This document shows, piece after piece, positions 24,973 to 38,371 of a DNA stretch of 64,000 nt. The notes under the pieces are model-generated. The model was not told the origin of the DNA and made no database searches. It was given only the letters and a program-made list of their open reading frames with translations. How positions within the stretch are numbered: position 1 is the stretch's first letter; every line of letters starts with the position of its first letter. The DNA lies in contig OZ176056.1 of NCBI GenBank assembly GCA_964247055.1, positions 6,572,001 to 6,636,000 of the forward strand, given 5' to 3'. A program made the position numbers and the translations under genes. This DNA is from Paragordius varius (Eukaryota > Animalia > Nematomorpha).

Positions 24973-25750
24973 GAAAGCGTCTCAAGTTATAAGAATTAAT
25001 TTATTATTAATTAAAGTCGTTAGTTACCCAAATTATGTAAATCCAGAATCGTGTATATAGTTAGTTATGCAGAAATTAACGAAACCAGGAATGATAAAAC
25101 AAAATTAAGGAGGATAGATGGATTTAAATAAAGAATACGTTTTCCAATCTGTTTGTGTCAATTAAATTAAAAATTTTATAACAACACGCTTCAATATAAT
25201 TGTGTTAATAAAGAAAATTGTTTAACAAGATTGGATTTGCAGGTTTTTTTTTCATCAGTTTTGTGCAGAATGACAAAAAAATAGAGATAATAAAAATTTA
25301 ATTAGGAACGCTTTTCATGCGTTTCATGCGTTTTATGTGTGTGCGAGCGAGAATAGAATGAAAATGTGATTTATTATTATTTTTTCGTAAAATAAATAAT
25401 AATATATTTAATTAATGAATTTGCGGTCTTTTCACTACAAAGAGAATTGGAGATATGAAATATATAAGTGATTATTATATTTATAGGGCTCTTTGCCCGC
25501 GAAAAATAAAGTTTTTGCAGCTAAAGTTTACAGAGTTCATATTTATTCGATACGTATAAATAAATTGCAATCAATATATTATTATTACATGTAATTTGGA
25601 TAGCATTCACTGAAAATGTACAAAAGTGATATTTATTGCATTTCTAAAAATAATTACATAATTGAATGAGAGCTGGAAACCACAGTTTTTTTATAGGTTA
25701 GTAGTTAATACAGACAGTAGTGTTAAAATATATATAATAAATAATGAAAA

Positions 25751-25791
<41 letters not shown>

Positions 25792-28700
25792 GAAATCAAT
25801 ACACTCTTCTTTGATTGTGCAGGATTGAATGCAATATAGATTATTTATTAATATTATATTATTTTGAAATTTATTGAAATTAAAGTAAGTATCAAGTGAA
25901 GTAACCTAATAACTTGAAAAGTACAATCATAAATTATTCAAAATTATAAAAAATTATTAAGGAAAGAGAAATATTATTGATTATAAAGAAAGTTTCGATT
26001 GGTAATTAAAGTCTATTAAACCCATTTTCAAAGTTAACCACCGATTTCCTACAGTCAAATACCATTATTCAACAAATATTGCTTTAAATAGCATTGATAT
26101 ATATATATATATATATATATTTATGACTTTTTCCTATAATTTTAATAAGGATGATTCGGCAATATTATATTAAGTTTCTCTTTTGTTTTTTTGGTTATCT
26201 AAATAAAATCTATTTTTCCAAAGAACAAAAAAATATATAATTATAATGAGAAATTGTAAAATTAGTTTGTAATACAAATTCCAACAAAATAAATTTATTT
26301 TGTCATAAAGGTTTCCCAAAAATATTTGAAGGAAAGTTTCTGAATAAGTCGCGCTATTCCAATCTAAATTTATAGAAATTTATCTTATTTGCCCACAGTT
26401 TTATATGTATACGTAGGTATATATTACATCCCAAAATTATCAAATAAAATAATCAATGAATTTTCTTCATTTCAAAAAATATATTTTATCAAAAGTATTT
26501 ATTTACCCTAAAATTATGGTTAAAGATCAAAGAAAAAATATATGGGTTATATTGATAAATACTATTAAATATATGTTGCTTCTTGATCTAGATCTAAATC
26601 TAAAAAATCTAAATAGATGTAGGATTAAGGTTATTAGTATAAAATAAAAATATATCGTTTGTTAACTTTTAACATTAATTATTTGGGTTATTTTGAGAAG
26701 ATGTAAAATTGGCAGAACATATGTTAATTTAATAATTTTATTATAAATATTCTATTTGGATATTTTACAAAAATTTTTAATAGAAATTTTTTTAGAAAAA
26801 CATAACATTCGCAAATTGTTTAATATGGTGAGTAGTAGGCACATTAATAAAAATTCATTAAATTTTAAGTCATCATAAATATTTTTAATTATAATGATGG
26901 TTTCTTTTCATCTTTTAATATCATTAAAAAATATATTGTCAGAATATTCTGCCAAAAAAGTAGAGTCATTTTTTATATTATCTACTTAAAAAACTATTAT
27001 AGATGTTAATCATAGAACATTAAACTTTAAAAACGAAAAAGCCTTATTTCACTATAGTTTTGTATGTTCTTTACTATAAAAAGGTAAAACTTAAATCCCA
27101 TCCAAAGTACAGCTTTGTGTATAAGTAATTGTCAAGTGATCAAGATATATATTTGTTTTTCGTTAAGATATCATATTTTTTTATGGAGTTTTTTACTATG
27201 AAATATTTGGCCGTGAAAAGTTTTAAAATGAGTATTTTTTTTCACTTTGTATTTTGTGCCCTAAAGTTGGAATATATTTTTATTTTAATATAAAAGTTAT
27301 TTTTAATCAATGTAAAAACAATTCTATCCAACTATGATGACAAAATGACAAAATTATGATGTAAAGATAACATTATCATTTATTTATAGCTATTAAGCAA
27401 ATTTATTATATATAGAATTTCGAAAAAATGTGATAATAAGATCCCAGGAGAATAGATTTGATACCATGATACAGTTATCAAGTCCATTTTTTATATATAA
27501 CTAAAAAAGAAATATGTGTATTATATTTTTCCCATATTTTTTGAAAATTAATAATTAATCATGATTTAAATATCGTTTTTTATAAAATAATTTGTAATAA
27601 AAAAATATTTTTTCAACATTTTAATTTAAAAAATTAGAAATTTAATAAGAATTGCAAAATATAAATAAAATGTTTATATATTTATGATGTTATCACTATC
27701 ACAACAAAATAGAGTTGAATGTAGTTTACTTAAAATGGAACCACAAGAATGCGAAATCTAATTAAATTTTAATTTAAATTAAGATATAACTACATATTGG
27801 ACAACAAAACATTTATTAAGTTAATGTTTTTGTTATATAATAACATAAATTAAGGATAAAAGACGCAATCGGGGCCCATAAAAACATTTGTAGAGTTTCA
27901 CAATTTGTATGGCATCATTTCCCTGCATAGTTGCGCAGAAGTGGATTCAAATTTAAAGATCAATAAATATATTAATTATTACAATAAAATCTGAAGCTTT
28001 AGCATCTTGTTTGGCAATTTGATTAATATATATAAGACTTCATTAACTTTTTCATTTTTTTGTAGACATACATTTTGGGATAGCCACACGCCTAAAACTG
28101 AAATAAAATACTTTTTTCAAATTTGTTTTTAACATTGTTTTGAATTATTACGCCTAAAAGGCCAAGCGTGTTTGGAAATTTTGCCTATTATCTTAAATAC
28201 CCTGTTATGTCTATCGAATACAAATTGTTTAAGGGTATATAAAATACCCCAAAATGTACTAACACCTGTTTTTATTAATTACCTGTATGATGCATACCAT
28301 AATATACTCCTTGAAATATATTGCTAAATTAAAGATTTTTAAACAAAACCATTTTTTGCGTAATCTGTAAAATAGTGTAAAAACTAAAAGTACGAGAGGG
28401 ATACCCTAATTTTTGAACCGTTGTTATTTTAAATATAACCTAGTACAATAATAATGTGAAATGGTAATGTACATTTTATTGTAATCATTTTGGAATATAA
28501 ATAGAAAAACATATCAAGGATCAAAAAAATTAATTCCATATTTAGTCTTTTAATTACATACAGTATATAAAATATTTAATGCTCGATTGCGGTTTTTTGA
28601 CTTTACTATACATAAAGTGTACACATTTTTACATATTTTAAATTGTTAAAGCACCATAATTACCATGATTAACCAAATTGTTTGAATTTTGAAAATCATA

Positions 28701-29056
28701 AATTATATTATTCATTAACAAAATATTAATAAAACTTTAATACTCCTAATATCGTTACTTTACGTTAGAAAGTGAAAATATTAAAAAAAACATTGGATAT
28801 TATGTCAAAGATTTTTTACAAAAAATGGAGTTGATTTGTAGATGTGTGATGGATAATCATTTGTTTGAAATTAATAATGGATTAATAATTTAGCTAGCTA
28901 GCAATCTCAACGTTTCCTTTCCATGTAAAAACACCATAAAATATTGCCTATTATCTCATATCTAAAAAAATTTGATGACATAAGACATATAGAGAGTACA
29001 CGAGAAAAAAAGAAAATTTCACAAATCAAGGTCGACTTAATACTTTTTGGAATATC

Positions 29057-29095
<39 letters not shown>

Positions 29096-29497
29096 GCCTA
29101 TGTTGTAAAAATCTATTTATACGATACATAACAATATTTTGTATTCTCATAACCTAGAAAACTGATATATAAACATTTTATAAACTTCCTTTGGTATTAA
29201 CATCCTTTTATACACATTAATGCTGAAATTATGTATATTTCTTGATACACAGTAACAAGCACTATTTACAGGCCATACCTTTAATTTTAAATGGCCGAAA
29301 GTTCATAAAAATTCAGATCTGTTGCCTTGTTTTTCATTTTAGTTACATAAATAAAAAACACTTTATTTTTTCTCCACAACTTCTAAAAATGTACAATACA
29401 ACGAAAAGCTCATACATGGCTACCAACATGTGAAATAAAAACCGTTTTAGTCATTAAAAAGTTCTGATGATTATATATATATATATATATAATATTA

Positions 29498-30647
29498 TAA
29501 TATGGTTTCATGCCAGGTAAGTCAACAGTAGATCCTATACATGCGGTTAGGAGGTTGATTGAAAAACACATTAAAAAAAAAGAATAAATTACACGGAGTT
29601 TTAATTGACATAGAGAAGGCGTTTGACAGGATTCCTAGAGAAACTATTTGGTGAAGTCTCCGTCGTAAAAAGGTGCCAGAAAGTTATATTAAGTTGTTAC
29701 AAATAGTGTACGAATCACACACCTCCAGGATTAAAACCCTACAAGGTTTATCAGAGCCCTTTTCAATAACGCATGGAGTCTATCAAGGCTCATCACTCAG
29801 ACCCTTATTGTTTATAATTTATATGGACGAGGTAGCCAATGTCGTTAATGTGAGTTCAGGTTGGTACTTAATGTATGCAGATGACATAATCATCTTGTCT
29901 GATTCATTGGCTGAATTAAAGCGAACGGTAAGCAGATGGGTTATTATACTGGATCAATACGGTCTGAAAGTAAACAAAGCAAAAACAGAACTTGGGGGGT
30001 CCACAACATGAAATGGTAGTTGATGATAGTTGGGTTCTGAAGGGTTAAGAAAGTTGCAAATATTTGGGAGCTATGTTAAGTGCAGATGGTTCGTTGACTG
30101 ATGATATTAATTTAAGAATAAAGAGCAGCTGGGTAAATTGGAAGAAAATTTCGAGCATGTTATGCTATCGAAATATTTATGTTAGAGTGAAAGGTAAGAT
30201 TTACAGTTCAGTTGTCCAGCCCTCAATGATGTATAACTCTGGGGTGTCAAAAAATCCGAAGAAAGACATTTTAACGTGACTGAAATGAAAATGCTCAGAA
30301 TGATGTGTGGGGTAACAAGAAAGGAGAGAATTGAGAATAGATTTATTCGTGGGAGCACAGATATTAAACCAATAGTGGAAAGAATGTCAAAAAATAGGCT
30401 ACGTTGGTTCGGGCACATTGAAAGGAGAGATTCTAATTATATTGCAAAAATAATAGATAGTCATATAGTTGAGGGAAAACGAGGACGTGGGCGGCCTAAA
30501 ACGAAATGGATAGATACAGTAAAAAGAGAGCTAGCAGAATACGAGCTTAATGCAGAGGACGCCATAGATAGAGTTTTATGGCGAGACAGGTTGTATAACA
30601 GACCGCTCTCACGAGTGAAAACATGTAATGTAATAATAATAATAATA
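29498..30647 (+). mobile_element. 5'-truncated RTE-type non-LTR retrotransposon, degenerate
   Basis: YGFMPGKSTVD..DIEKAFDRIPR..GVYQGSSL..MYADD..RLRWFGHIERR..GKRGRGRPKTKW, with stops and frameshifts; ends in a (TAA)5 tail typical of RTE elements. Confidence 0.9.
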
Positions 30648-31795
30648 CACTGTGTGCAAAAAGAGAGTTAATTTTTTTAACAAAAAATTTTTTTTTCATG
30701 GTTTTTGATAAGAAAAAATCGAAATCGGGCAAAAAGTGAAAATTAAGGATAATTTAAACGATAATGATAAAATTTGGGATATTATGGTTTATTATCATTT
30801 TATGAGATATTTTTAATATATAATAGGCCAAAATCATATATTTAGGGTTTCTGTAAAATCTCAAAAGATGGCGTTTTTCTTTTAACACACTTAAAAGACA
30901 ATTTTTTTTTATAAAACTACATTAATATAATTTTAATTATTTACTAGCTAAACTCACTATTATCATTCATATTTTATTCAGTTAAAAAAACTTATATATA
31001 AAAAAACAACCAAAAAAGTTTTTTATTTTTACTTTTTTGTCATCTGGTTTAGTGTATAAAAAATATATACGTTTTATTTTGGAATCTTACGTTGGGAATT
31101 ATTAAGTATATAATTTATTCAAAATATGATATAAAAGTAGTAGAATATACCAACAATCCGTACAAATCCCATAAAAATATTAATTTGTCTTACAACAGAC
31201 TTGCTACAGTGATTTGTAAGGATTGTTGGTTGATATTCCACTACTTTTATATCATATTGTGCGTAAATTATATACTTTAATATTCCCACTCATGTAAGAT
31301 TCCAAAATAAAACAATTTTTTATACACTCATAAACCAGATGAAAAAAAATTAAAAAAATAAAATACTATATTTTTTGGTTTTATTTTGAATAAGTTTTTT
31401 ACCGAATAAAATATGGTTAAGATTTTAATAGTGAGTTTAGCTAATAAATAATTAAAAAAATTATTTTAATATATTTTCATAAAAATTTTTTTGTCTTTAA
31501 GTGTATTATAAGAAAAATGTAATGAAACCCTAACTATATGATTTCAGGCTATTTATATATTGAAAATATATCCCAAAATGATAGTAAACCATTATATCTC
31601 AAATTTTATCATTATTTTTATAATTATCCCTAATAATCCTTGATTTTTACTTTTTTCCCGATTTTGATTTTCTCTCAACATTTCAAAAACTAGGTCGTAA
31701 ATAAATATAATTTTTTTACGGCAAATGAATTATCTGGTCACAAGCTGTTTCATGCAAAAAAAATTATTTGCTGAAAATTTTGTTTTCACACAGTG
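30648..31795. mobile_element. ~1.15-kb foldback (whole-element palindrome) non-autonomous element, copy A
   Basis: Ends CACTGTGTG...CACACAGTG. The arms are imperfect reverse complements (e.g. CTAGCTAAACTCACT / AGTGAGTTTAGCTA; GGAATCTTAC / GTAAGATTCC) centred near 31200. Confidence 0.85.
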
Positions 31796-32860
31796 GATAT
31801 ACTGATAATGTATTCTTATCATGGTGCTTTTGGTTTCTTACGAGTCATGTAAGAAAGTTATTATCATTTTTATAGTAACTCTCCATATCAGAAAATGGCA
31901 AAATTTGTGCAAAGTTTTTTAAACAAATTTATTTTAATGAAAGCCAAATGACTCATTTCAAAAAAATTATTTAAATAAATCAATCATAAAATACCAATTG
32001 AAATTGGCTTCATTAATTTAAGAGTGCAAAAAAGCCGAAATTGCGATAAAAAGTATAAATATATATTAGATTTTGATATCAACTAAAAATATTATTTAAA
32101 AAATGTATATTTTTTTCATAAATTTCATTTTTAACAAAAAAAAATGTTGAAACGTACTACATACTATTTTAAGGCATGATAAAAATGTAAAAACGCTTTA
32201 AGAAATTATAAAAACCTTTTTGCTATTTAATTCTAGGCTGCTGAACATTATAGATTCCGAATTTTAATATAAAGGTTCTTTGATATAAAAAATTTGGGAA
32301 TTTGTAAAAAAAACACAAATATTTAACATACATTTGCACACCAAAATACTTAAGCAAAACTCTAAGGTCATTGATAAAGAAAAAGTACTCTATAATATTT
32401 AAAGCCTTTTAAACCATTTATATTATGCCTGAAAATAGAACGAAGCATGCTTCAACAAAATTTAAAATTTTTTTTTTTATATTTTTAGTTGATATCAAAA
32501 TTTAGCACATAATTAAATTTTTATATCGTGTTTATTTAAAAAACTTACCCATTTTAGAGAAGCGAAAAAATTTGGGCCTTTCGGAATCCACATCTAAAGT
32601 ATGAATTAAAAATTATAGTTTGTCTTTTTATAGATAGTATACGTTGTATTTTAGGGGTATTTTTGGACATTTATCTTTCAAAAAAAATACAAATATGTGC
32701 GGAAATATTGCCATTTGGAGCACTTTCCACAAAAGTTTAGATAACTTTTTTAAATCACTCGTAAGGGTCCAAACCAAAAGCACCATGATAATACTAATAC
32801 ATAAAACTATCTGAATATATATAGATATTATACATCAGGATAATTTTTGTGAACACTGTT
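31796..32860. mobile_element. ~1-kb TIR element with interrupted left end (related to 9770-10783)
   Basis: TATCATGGTGCTTTTGGTT near 31820 is inverted as AACCAAAAGCACCATGATA near 32775; shares GTAACT.CTCCATATCAGAA with the copy near 9875. Confidence 0.6.
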
Positions 32861-32926
32861 AGTATTCGTTATTGTATAATACAATAAACTATACTTTTTC
32901 ATTTGATGAAGTGTAAAGATATAAAC

Positions 32927-33455
32927 CAGGGCTTCTTAAACTTTTGTAATTCCCTACCCCATTTATGATTACGTTTTTCTTAACGACTTCAAAAAATATA
33001 AAAGTAAAATCCGATATATTTAACTGGCTTGTGGTAAATCCAACAATGTACGAGTATAAATGGAATTTTTTTTAAACTGACTGATTCGAAATAACATGCA
33101 TTTCGTCACAATCATACAATGGCTAAATAAAAATCACGAAATGTTTATATAGTTTCTTCGAAATAACACTTAGAAATATTGTTGATAATATTTATCAAGA
33201 TTATTTTGGTTTTAAGAGATTGACAAAAATAAATCTTCATTTTATATAAATTTTTATAACACCTTCTGATTCATAGTAAAATTTATACAAGATATTATAA
33301 TGATCGGAATAGAAATGCTGGAATAAACAGACTTTCCTAACCAGAAGATTTTATTATATATTATATGATGATGTTCTTTTTCTTTATAACAATAATTTTA
33401 CAAGTTAAAAAACATTTTTTGTTTGAGGTCGCGACCTATAGTTTAAGAAGCCATG
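32927..33455 (+). mobile_element. hAT-type MITE (529 bp)
   Basis: TIR CAGGGCTTCTTAAACT / AGTTTAAGAAGCCATG; perfect 8-bp TSD ATATAAAC. Confidence 0.92.
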
Positions 33456-35783
33456 ATATAAACAACAAACCTAAAAATCATTTTTTGAAGCGATTTGTGG
33501 AGCCCCATTCAAATCAATGATTTTTTACTCACTTATTAGGCACAATTTTTTAAAACTAGCTTTTAACCGTAGTTTTTGCAAAATAAGTCCTTAATAATAA
33601 ATATTTAATGCAATTTATCGAGAAACCTAATTGATCATATCAATTAAATATGTTATAGGTATTTTCCATATAAAAACTAAAATTGTAGTCAAGCGTTTAT
33701 TCAATAGTTATATAGCTTTAAGTATCTAAAATTCACCAAAAAAAATAAATGTGGTTTTAATTTTTTTAATTTTTTCTAATTTGAAACCCAATGAATGAAA
33801 TATTAGTTGTTTTTTGTGTGAAGATTCACTAATTAATAAGCTGTAAGATTTATGGTAAATGACTTATGTCATTAACATTTCGGCTCCCTATAAAACCTAT
33901 TACTAAATTGGTTATAGACATTTCCCGTAAAAGTTAAGTATATACCTGAATGCTTTTTAAAGAACCCATATTTGGATCACATTCTATTAAATAAGCCACC
34001 ATACAGAATAATATAATGTGGCTTGGAAGCCAGTCAGAAATTGCATGACACTATTGTATTAAAGAAGGTATTAGAATTATAAAGATAGAGGTTAACTTAG
34101 TTCAATGTCTATGATTAATGCACATTTAAACATTTTTAAATTCTGTTCAGAGCTAAATGATATATCGTTTCATGATAAATGTCAGCTAAGACACAGCTAA
34201 TTAAGATTTTATTAATTTTAGATAAAAGCATATTTTATCTATAATTATTAAAAAAATCTAATAAACAACAAGACGTAATGGTTTACATTTTCTCTTTAGA
34301 CACCAAGTACCAAATCACATTCTATTTTACAGTGAGTAAGTATACACTGCTAGAAAGTTATTGATTATTGCCAAATAGCCAATAGAACAAAGGGCACTAT
34401 TTTGGTTTATAATTATTTTTTTACTATTATTAGATAATAATTCTCTTTGCTGCATATGCTATTTGGATATAATTAATAACTTTCTAGATATATACTTACT
34501 CATCCTTTATAAGCTTTGTTGCAAGCTTTAAGAGGAGGAATTTTCAACGAAATCTGTGATTTAACAATGTATCAATTCTTTATTGATTAAATTTAAAATG
34601 TAGCCTATATTGCTGTTGGCCGCCTTGTTTGTCTTATACAATCTATGTTTTAACCAATATCTTTAAATAATCTGAATTCCGATCAATTTATGCATCTTTT
34701 TTAAATTGTCGAAAAAACTATTTCATTTATAAATTATTCTGATATAGTGTAAATTAATTTTTAATTTAAATATTAATAAAATAATGAGCAGTGCCAAATT
34801 ATGAATAAATAAACTAGAATTTCAAACACTGAAAGATGCCAATACCCTTACATTTATTGATTTCATTATTGTTAATGATGCTAAAAAATAATAAACTAGG
34901 AACCACAGGGTCGGTTTAAAAAGGTGACTTTATTCTCCTTGTATATTTAAAAATATAATCCTTCGCGAAAAATATTTAATTAGCTTATTATGACCAACGA
35001 CTACTTTTTAATTATGTTGCATTTTTTTGAAAAAAGGATCATAACTGTAATAAAACATTTAGCTAAATAATTATCATTGAACTTGCCGTTTTTGCGCGCA
35101 TAACCTTTTAATATGCAGTATCGGATAGATATGTTTATGATAATTAAAATTTTTGATTAAAAATGCGGGGAAACGTAAACCAGATCACAAAGGTGTGAGA
35201 TGATAATATATAAAATTTTTTGCAGTGCAGTAATGATGATAAAAAGAGTGACCTTGGAACCTTTAATTAACTAAATATGTATGTGTAATTTTCATACTTA
35301 TGGAAATTTATCTGAGATTAAATTGTATTAATATTAATAAATTTCCAATGTAAAAAATATTTTTATATCGAATAATTTATAAACGAAAACGCCTTTTGTT
35401 GAATATAAGAATTATATTTTTTTTGAAATTCGATATTGACATGATTTATCAATTTACGTTATATTCATATATTTATATTGAATTTCTCACACTTGTGTTA
35501 TCATACTCTTGGATATTAAAGTATTTTCCAGTTTTCTAATAAACTACCATATTGTTTGTATTTTAATGCTGGTGGTAATGGATATCCCCAAACATAAAAA
35601 ATCAATTATGGCCTATAATATTGCAATTTCGGTTGGTTATAGTAAAATAATTATTTAATTAAGTTCCTAAAGGAATCACGAAAAGTTTTAAAGTCTTTAA
35701 ATATTTCGTCAAATAATTGTTTATTTGAGTTGAAAAATTCATGTTAAAAAACATACTCTAATTAGAGGTCAATAATGTAATTA

Positions 35784-36973
35784 TACCATCATCATAAGTC
35801 ATAAGTTTTCGTTTTCAATAAAAAATAGTTTTTAAAGGACATCAGTTATTTATTTTATTTAAAATATTGTACATCGGCTTCTACACATTTCGCCCATCTC
35901 TCAGGCATTATGAATGCCGTTACAGAAAAAATAATTGTTTTGCGGCAAACCATTATTAATCCATTTTCCAACGCATCTTCGAAGTTATTGAAGTGCCGCT
36001 TAGAGGTATGCTCCATTAAAAGCAGTACTAGTCAGATGGCGCCAGGTCAGGAGAGTTCAAGAGATGCGCAAAATACGCGCGATTTCAAGGTCTTTCATTG
36101 TTTTTGCGTTGAGACATTCTCATGTAATAAATTTTTTTCCATGTTTTACCGCTCATTCCGTTTGGTTTACAATTAATGCTAATCAGGTATTTGGTAGCGC
36201 CATTTCTGTATATTGACAATTTTCCAAAAAGTCAAGTTTTTCCCGCTTTGGTCGCATCAGACACAGGGTGCGGCCTTCTTACCGACGCGATTTGGCATTG
36301 TTGATGTTGGATCGGCTGGGCAAGAGAAAATTTACGATTTTTCCGCTTTGTGTTTTAAAATAAGGCCATTTTTACCCGTCCCAATGCAGATTTCCTAGTC
36401 ACTTCAATTTGACGTTAATTCAAATTGTTAAACCTATTTACCAAGTTTATAAGTCCGTTCGTTTCGTTGCTCGTATCGATTTGTGATCCATGTAACGCTT
36501 GTGCCAATAGCCATTATTGGGCCATCATGGAATAAATCTTGCATTTGATCGTTTCTCAGTGGTATAATGTACCAGAGCGCCTACACCTTTCGTATGAAAT
36601 CATTAATATTCGAAACCATGTTTTACATGTGTGAAATTCCCCTCTCTGAAGCTCAATGCGTTACGGGTGGGTAGGGAATGCCTTGACGGCAAGTGGCCAA
36701 CGATCTTCCGACGCTACACCCTTTACTTGTTTACATGTGTTAAATCGATAGAGCATTTTCATCATATGTTTTAACTAACAAAGATAACCTTAAACATTTC
36801 TCTGATGACAATGCGTGCCGCAAAATTTTTTTTTCAGCCATAAAATTTGACTTGATTATTAAATGATGAAAGTAAGACAATAGTGTTTGGTGAACTCAAC
36901 TTGTGTCTGCCCGTGGCTTAATGTCAGACAAATGAGGTCTGTATAATCGTCGGTGTACTTTTCGCTGACGGTA
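35784..36973 (-). mobile_element. Degenerate mariner (Mos1-like), near full length
   Basis: Minus strand reads PDLAPSD...ERWAKCVEAD.QYFK* at 35860-36055. Degenerate TIRs (TACC.TCA.C..AAGT) flanked by TA at both ends; about 1.19 kb. Confidence 0.82.
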
Positions 36974-38371
36974 TATTTTTGTAAAATACTGTATGTGGTT
37001 GTTTTTTAATAAACATAATTTATGTGTATTTAAGTTTTAAACAAGTCTTTCTTCTCGAATGTGGAGATGATTAAAAAGGGATTTAAGGTACTGTGAACAG
37101 ATGAATAAATTTAATTTGCCCCTGGTTCGATTGAAACTATATACAAAGCACGTTATAAAATATATATTACTTTAATAATTAACACTAGAATTAAAAACAT
37201 ATTTCGAGATGTTTAGTAAATTAGGATAAAATTGTCCAAATGTTAGATTAAAAATTTGAAATTTTTTTAATGGAGAAAAAACTATCAATTATCTGATTTT
37301 TCGTGATGGTTTTTATGGAACGGCATCGATATTTTTGATTCCATCTTAGGGACGCGTAATAGGGCACAGCATTTTCGTAGGGTCATTTCGGATTGTAACT
37401 TAAAAGATCGTATTCCATGGCAAGATATTGAAAATACAGAAATTAATGAATATTTTTATATAATATCATAAATTGTTATTTATACTATCTCCTTGTGTAT
37501 AGGAGATATATTTATTCACAGAGGGATAGTATCGATATTAAAAAAATCAGGACGCAGTGGAAGTTTAGGGAAAAACCCGATTTATAGTCGACTATTTTTG
37601 TTTTAAACAGTATCGCATATTTTTAAAAAATTAAGTCAATGATAAATATTCGGAAAAAAATATGGCAATAATTTTAAATACTATAATGTATTGATAAGCT
37701 TAAATATATATTTTCAAGATTTTTATTCTAAAAATTGTTCAACAATTAAAAAACAGCTGTCACTGTTAACACTTCTATTCGAATTGGGATATCTAAATAC
37801 CCCAGACTGAACTTAATTGTTATTTAAAAAAGCTACTGAGAAACGTTGCCAATTTAAAATTGCGTCTATCTAATATCAGTTGGGTATAATTTATTATAAC
37901 ACAATAATGGGAAAACACAGTAATGCCATGGACTTAAAGAAGTTGTTGTTTATATAGGTTATATTTAATTCCGAGAAATATATACGGATCTTATTATATA
38001 TTTTTATCGTGCATTAACATATACAAATTTCTGAGATGAGTGTGCATTTATAAAACAGTCACGTAGTCTAAAACTTGTCACGTAGTATATAACATGTCAC
38101 GTAAAATATTAATACAGAAAAGTATTATAAGTATGCATTGAATAGCAAAGCAATATATAAAATAGAGTTATGTTTTGTTTCATATTATATAACATCATAT
38201 CCCTATCCTATAAATTTTTTTATAAATAAGCGAAATTATCTTAATAAATAGTTTTGAAAAAATTTCCATATCAAACTACTTCACCATTTTTATTTTACAA
38301 TATATTTTTAAAATATTGGGGTTTTTGATTCTAACGCTAAAATCAAAGCAATTTTTTAATATCACATATGA

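Noticed and set aside
29242-29433. QAIPLILNGR resembles the DEAD-box Q motif; on the opposite strand, 29306-29279 looks like a mini first exon (MNFRPFKIK, donor G|GTATGG)
   Set aside because: No other helicase motifs lie nearby. The mini-exon would need a weak GAG acceptor upstream of 24972. Neither reading is supported.
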